From Myxococcales bacterium (GTDB taxonomy: Bacteria > Myxococcota_A > Polyangia > Polyangiales > DASUME01): a stretch of 64,000 nt of DNA. The position numbers and the translations under genes were made by a program. The notes under the pieces were generated by a model. The model was not told the origin of the DNA and did not search any database. It saw only the letters and a program-made list of their open reading frames with translations. This document shows, one piece after another, positions 62,286 through 64,000 of the stretch; positions within the stretch are counted from its first letter, which is position 1, and each line of letters begins with the position of its first letter. The stretch lies in NCBI GenBank assembly GCA_047601445.1, contig JASGJH010000001.1, forward strand, positions 7,488,001-7,552,000, read 5' to 3'.

Positions 62286-63464
62286 CTAGACGGCCACTGC
62301 GTCGATCACGTTGGTGGTGGGATACGGGAACAAGCGTGCGTTGGCGAAGCCGGTCGCGCGCAGCAGCGCCTCGAACTCCGCGAAGGAGCGCTCGCGCCCG
62401 TCCGAGCACACCATCATCATGTGGACGTCCACGAACGCAGGTACGTGGTCTGCATCGTGACGAGGCGTGAGGATCTCCACCAGGATGAGCCGTTGTCCTG
62501 GCTTCATCGCACGCCGCACGTTGCTCAAGATGAGCTTGGAGCGCTCGTCGTCCCAGTCGTGCAACACGTTCTTGAGCAGGTACGCATCGGCACCCTCGGG
62601 CACCGACTCGAAAAAGCTGCCAGGACGCAGCTCGACCCGGTCGGCTACGCCGCGCCGCGCGAGTAGTTCTCTCGCCGACTCCAGGACGCCCGCTCCATCG
62701 ACGAGCACGCCGCGTAGCTGCGGATAGCGCACGAGCAACTCGGACATCAAGGTCCCGCGCCCGCCGCCGACGTCGCACAGGGTGCGGATTTCGTGGAACG
62801 GGTAGAGCGTCGCGACGGCCGGCGCGTCCTGCACCGTGATGCCCATCATCGCCTGGGCGAACATCTCGCGCTCGTCGGGGTGGCCATCGAACCACTGCCA
62901 GATATCCATGCCGAATACGCGCTCGAAGGCGTTTTGGCCCGTACGCAGCGTACGCTCGAGGTCGTTCCAGGCGGCGACATTCGATTGCGAGCCGAAGTAG
63001 GTGGCCCACTCGCGCATGCGGTCCAGGCGCCCGCCCTTCAGGGCGCGGGAGAGATGGTTGTTCGCGAAGCGACCATCGGGCAGGGTCCGAAGAATCCCCA
63101 CAGACACCAGCGTCCGCATGACGCGCAGCATGGGGTCGGCCTTCGTACGGGTCTCCCGCGCGAGCTCCTCGGCAGTTCGCGGGCTCGTTTCCAGCAGGTC
63201 GGCGATTCCGAGGCGTGCCACCACCGAGATCATCGACGTGTAGACCAGCCCCAAGGAGCGCTCCATCACCACGATGTGCGGCGGAGTCACCAGGTCCGCG
63301 AGCCGCAGCAGCGCACGCCTGAGTCCCATGCCAAAGCGCAGCAAGAATGCCGGCGGCGCATTCGGCAGGGGCTTGGGGCCCAGGTCGACTGGGCTGCTCG
63401 AGGGCGGCGGAAGACGGTCGCGTGGTACTGCTGGGATCGGGAGGGCAGGTTGCGGCTCGTGCAT
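62286..63464 (-). CDS. SAM-dependent O-methyltransferase (dimerisation domain plus Methyltransf_2)
   Basis: LGIADLL, LCDVGGGRG, GSFFESVPEGADAYLLKNVLHDWDDE, GRERS. Confidence 0.92.
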   Translation of the reverse strand: MHEPQPALPIPAVPRDRLPPPSSSPVDLGPKPLPNAPPAFLLRFGMGLRRALLRLADLVTPPHIVVMERSLGLVYTSMISVVARLGIADLLETSPRTAEELARETRTKADPMLRVMRTLVSVGILRTLPDGRFANNHLSRALKGGRLDRMREWATYFGSQSNVAAWNDLERTLRTGQNAFERVFGMDIWQWFDGHPDEREMFAQAMMGITVQDAPAVATLYPFHEIRTLCDVGGGRGTLMSELLVRYPQLRGVLVDGAGVLESARELLARRGVADRVELRPGSFFESVPEGADAYLLKNVLHDWDDERSKLILSNVRRAMKPGQRLILVEILTPRHDADHVPAFVDVHMMMVCSDGRERSFAEFEALLRATGFANARLFPYPTTNVIDAVAV

Positions 63465-63597
63465 GCGTTCGACTGTAAGACGACTTGCGCCCGAACCGCT
63501 AGAGAGCTGCTCCCAGGCCGACGCGAGTTGCGGCGATGAGCTCGCGTGAGCGCTCGATGTCTCGCGCGGACAGGCAACCCATGCCGGCTCTCGGCGC

Positions 63598-63630
63598 AAA
63601 GAAAAAGCCGGTCAGCATCAGCTAACCGGC
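63598..63630 (-). terminator. Rho-independent terminator
   Basis: Minus strand GCCGGTTAGC-TGAT-GCTGACCGGC followed by TTTTTCTTT, downstream of the Ala/Pro-rich gene. Confidence 0.85.
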
Positions 63631-63707
63631 CTTCGCGAATCAGAGGAGGTCGGATCGAGGTCAGCTCTGTCGCTGCCGACCCATGTGATGCAGCCCTCTG
63701 AGCTGGA

Positions 63708-64000
63708 TCACTTCGTGGGAGCGGCAGGGGCCGCAGGCACGGTCGCAGTCGCCTGCAGCGGCGCGGCTGGCTTCGGAGTGACCACAGGCGCGATCGCGGG
63801 CTTTGCGGCAGCCGGCTGTGCAGGCGCGGCGGCCACGGGGGCCGCTGCGGGCTTCGCGGCAGCCGGCTGTGCGGGCGCGGCGGCGACAGGAGCAGGAGCG
63901 ACCGCGGGCTTCGCAGCAGCGGGCTGTGCAGGCGTGGCGGGAGCCGGCTGCGCGGGTGCAGCAGCGACCGGCTGAGCCGCCGGCTGGGCAGCCGGGGCGG
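63708..64000 (-). CDS. C-terminal part of an Ala/Pro/Lys-rich low-complexity protein (5' end outside the window)
   Basis: Manual translation ...PVAAAPAQPAAAKPAAAPVAAAPAQPAAAKPAIAP...PAAPAAPTK* with stop at 63708-63710, followed by a terminator. Confidence 0.7.
   Translation of the reverse strand, partial: APAAQPAAQPVAAAPAQPAPATPAQPAAAKPAVAPAPVAAAPAQPAAAKPAAAPVAAAPAQPAAAKPAIAPVVTPKPAAPLQATATVPAAPAAPTK

Noticed and set aside
63685..63975. Plus-strand AAAGCAG-repeat ORF
   Set aside because: It is the antisense of the minus-strand Ala/Pro/Lys-rich gene, which has a proper stop and a downstream terminator.

Overview
GC-rich, gene-dense chromosomal window from a probable myxobacterium. That call is inferred from a MYXO-CTERM-like motif, many Cys-rich/GDGD-linker lipoproteins and a TraB-like OmpA module. 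It holds about 45 protein genes; I found no rRNA, tRNA, CRISPR array or transposase. Main content: (1) a ~2,235-aa surface protein that looks like an adhesin and a TraB-like barrel/OmpA protein encoded as one polyprotein, with an internal MYXO-CTERM and a second signal peptide; (2) a chemosensory operon (RR-GAF-cheA-cheW-soluble 3xPAS MCP-cheB-cheR); (3) an ABC ATPase/FtsX permease/LolA-like/Cys-rich lipoprotein/outer-membrane barrel operon; (4) a sulfatase next to an octaheme cytochrome-TPR gene; (5) arcA with two antiporters and no local arcB/arcC; (6) an AraC regulator with a ferredoxin-reductase-AlkB triple fusion. All five apparent frame disruptions (four split genes and one false fusion) fall at or next to GATC, which points to methylation-linked sequencing errors rather than pseudogenes. 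All family names come from motif recognition by eye, not database searches.
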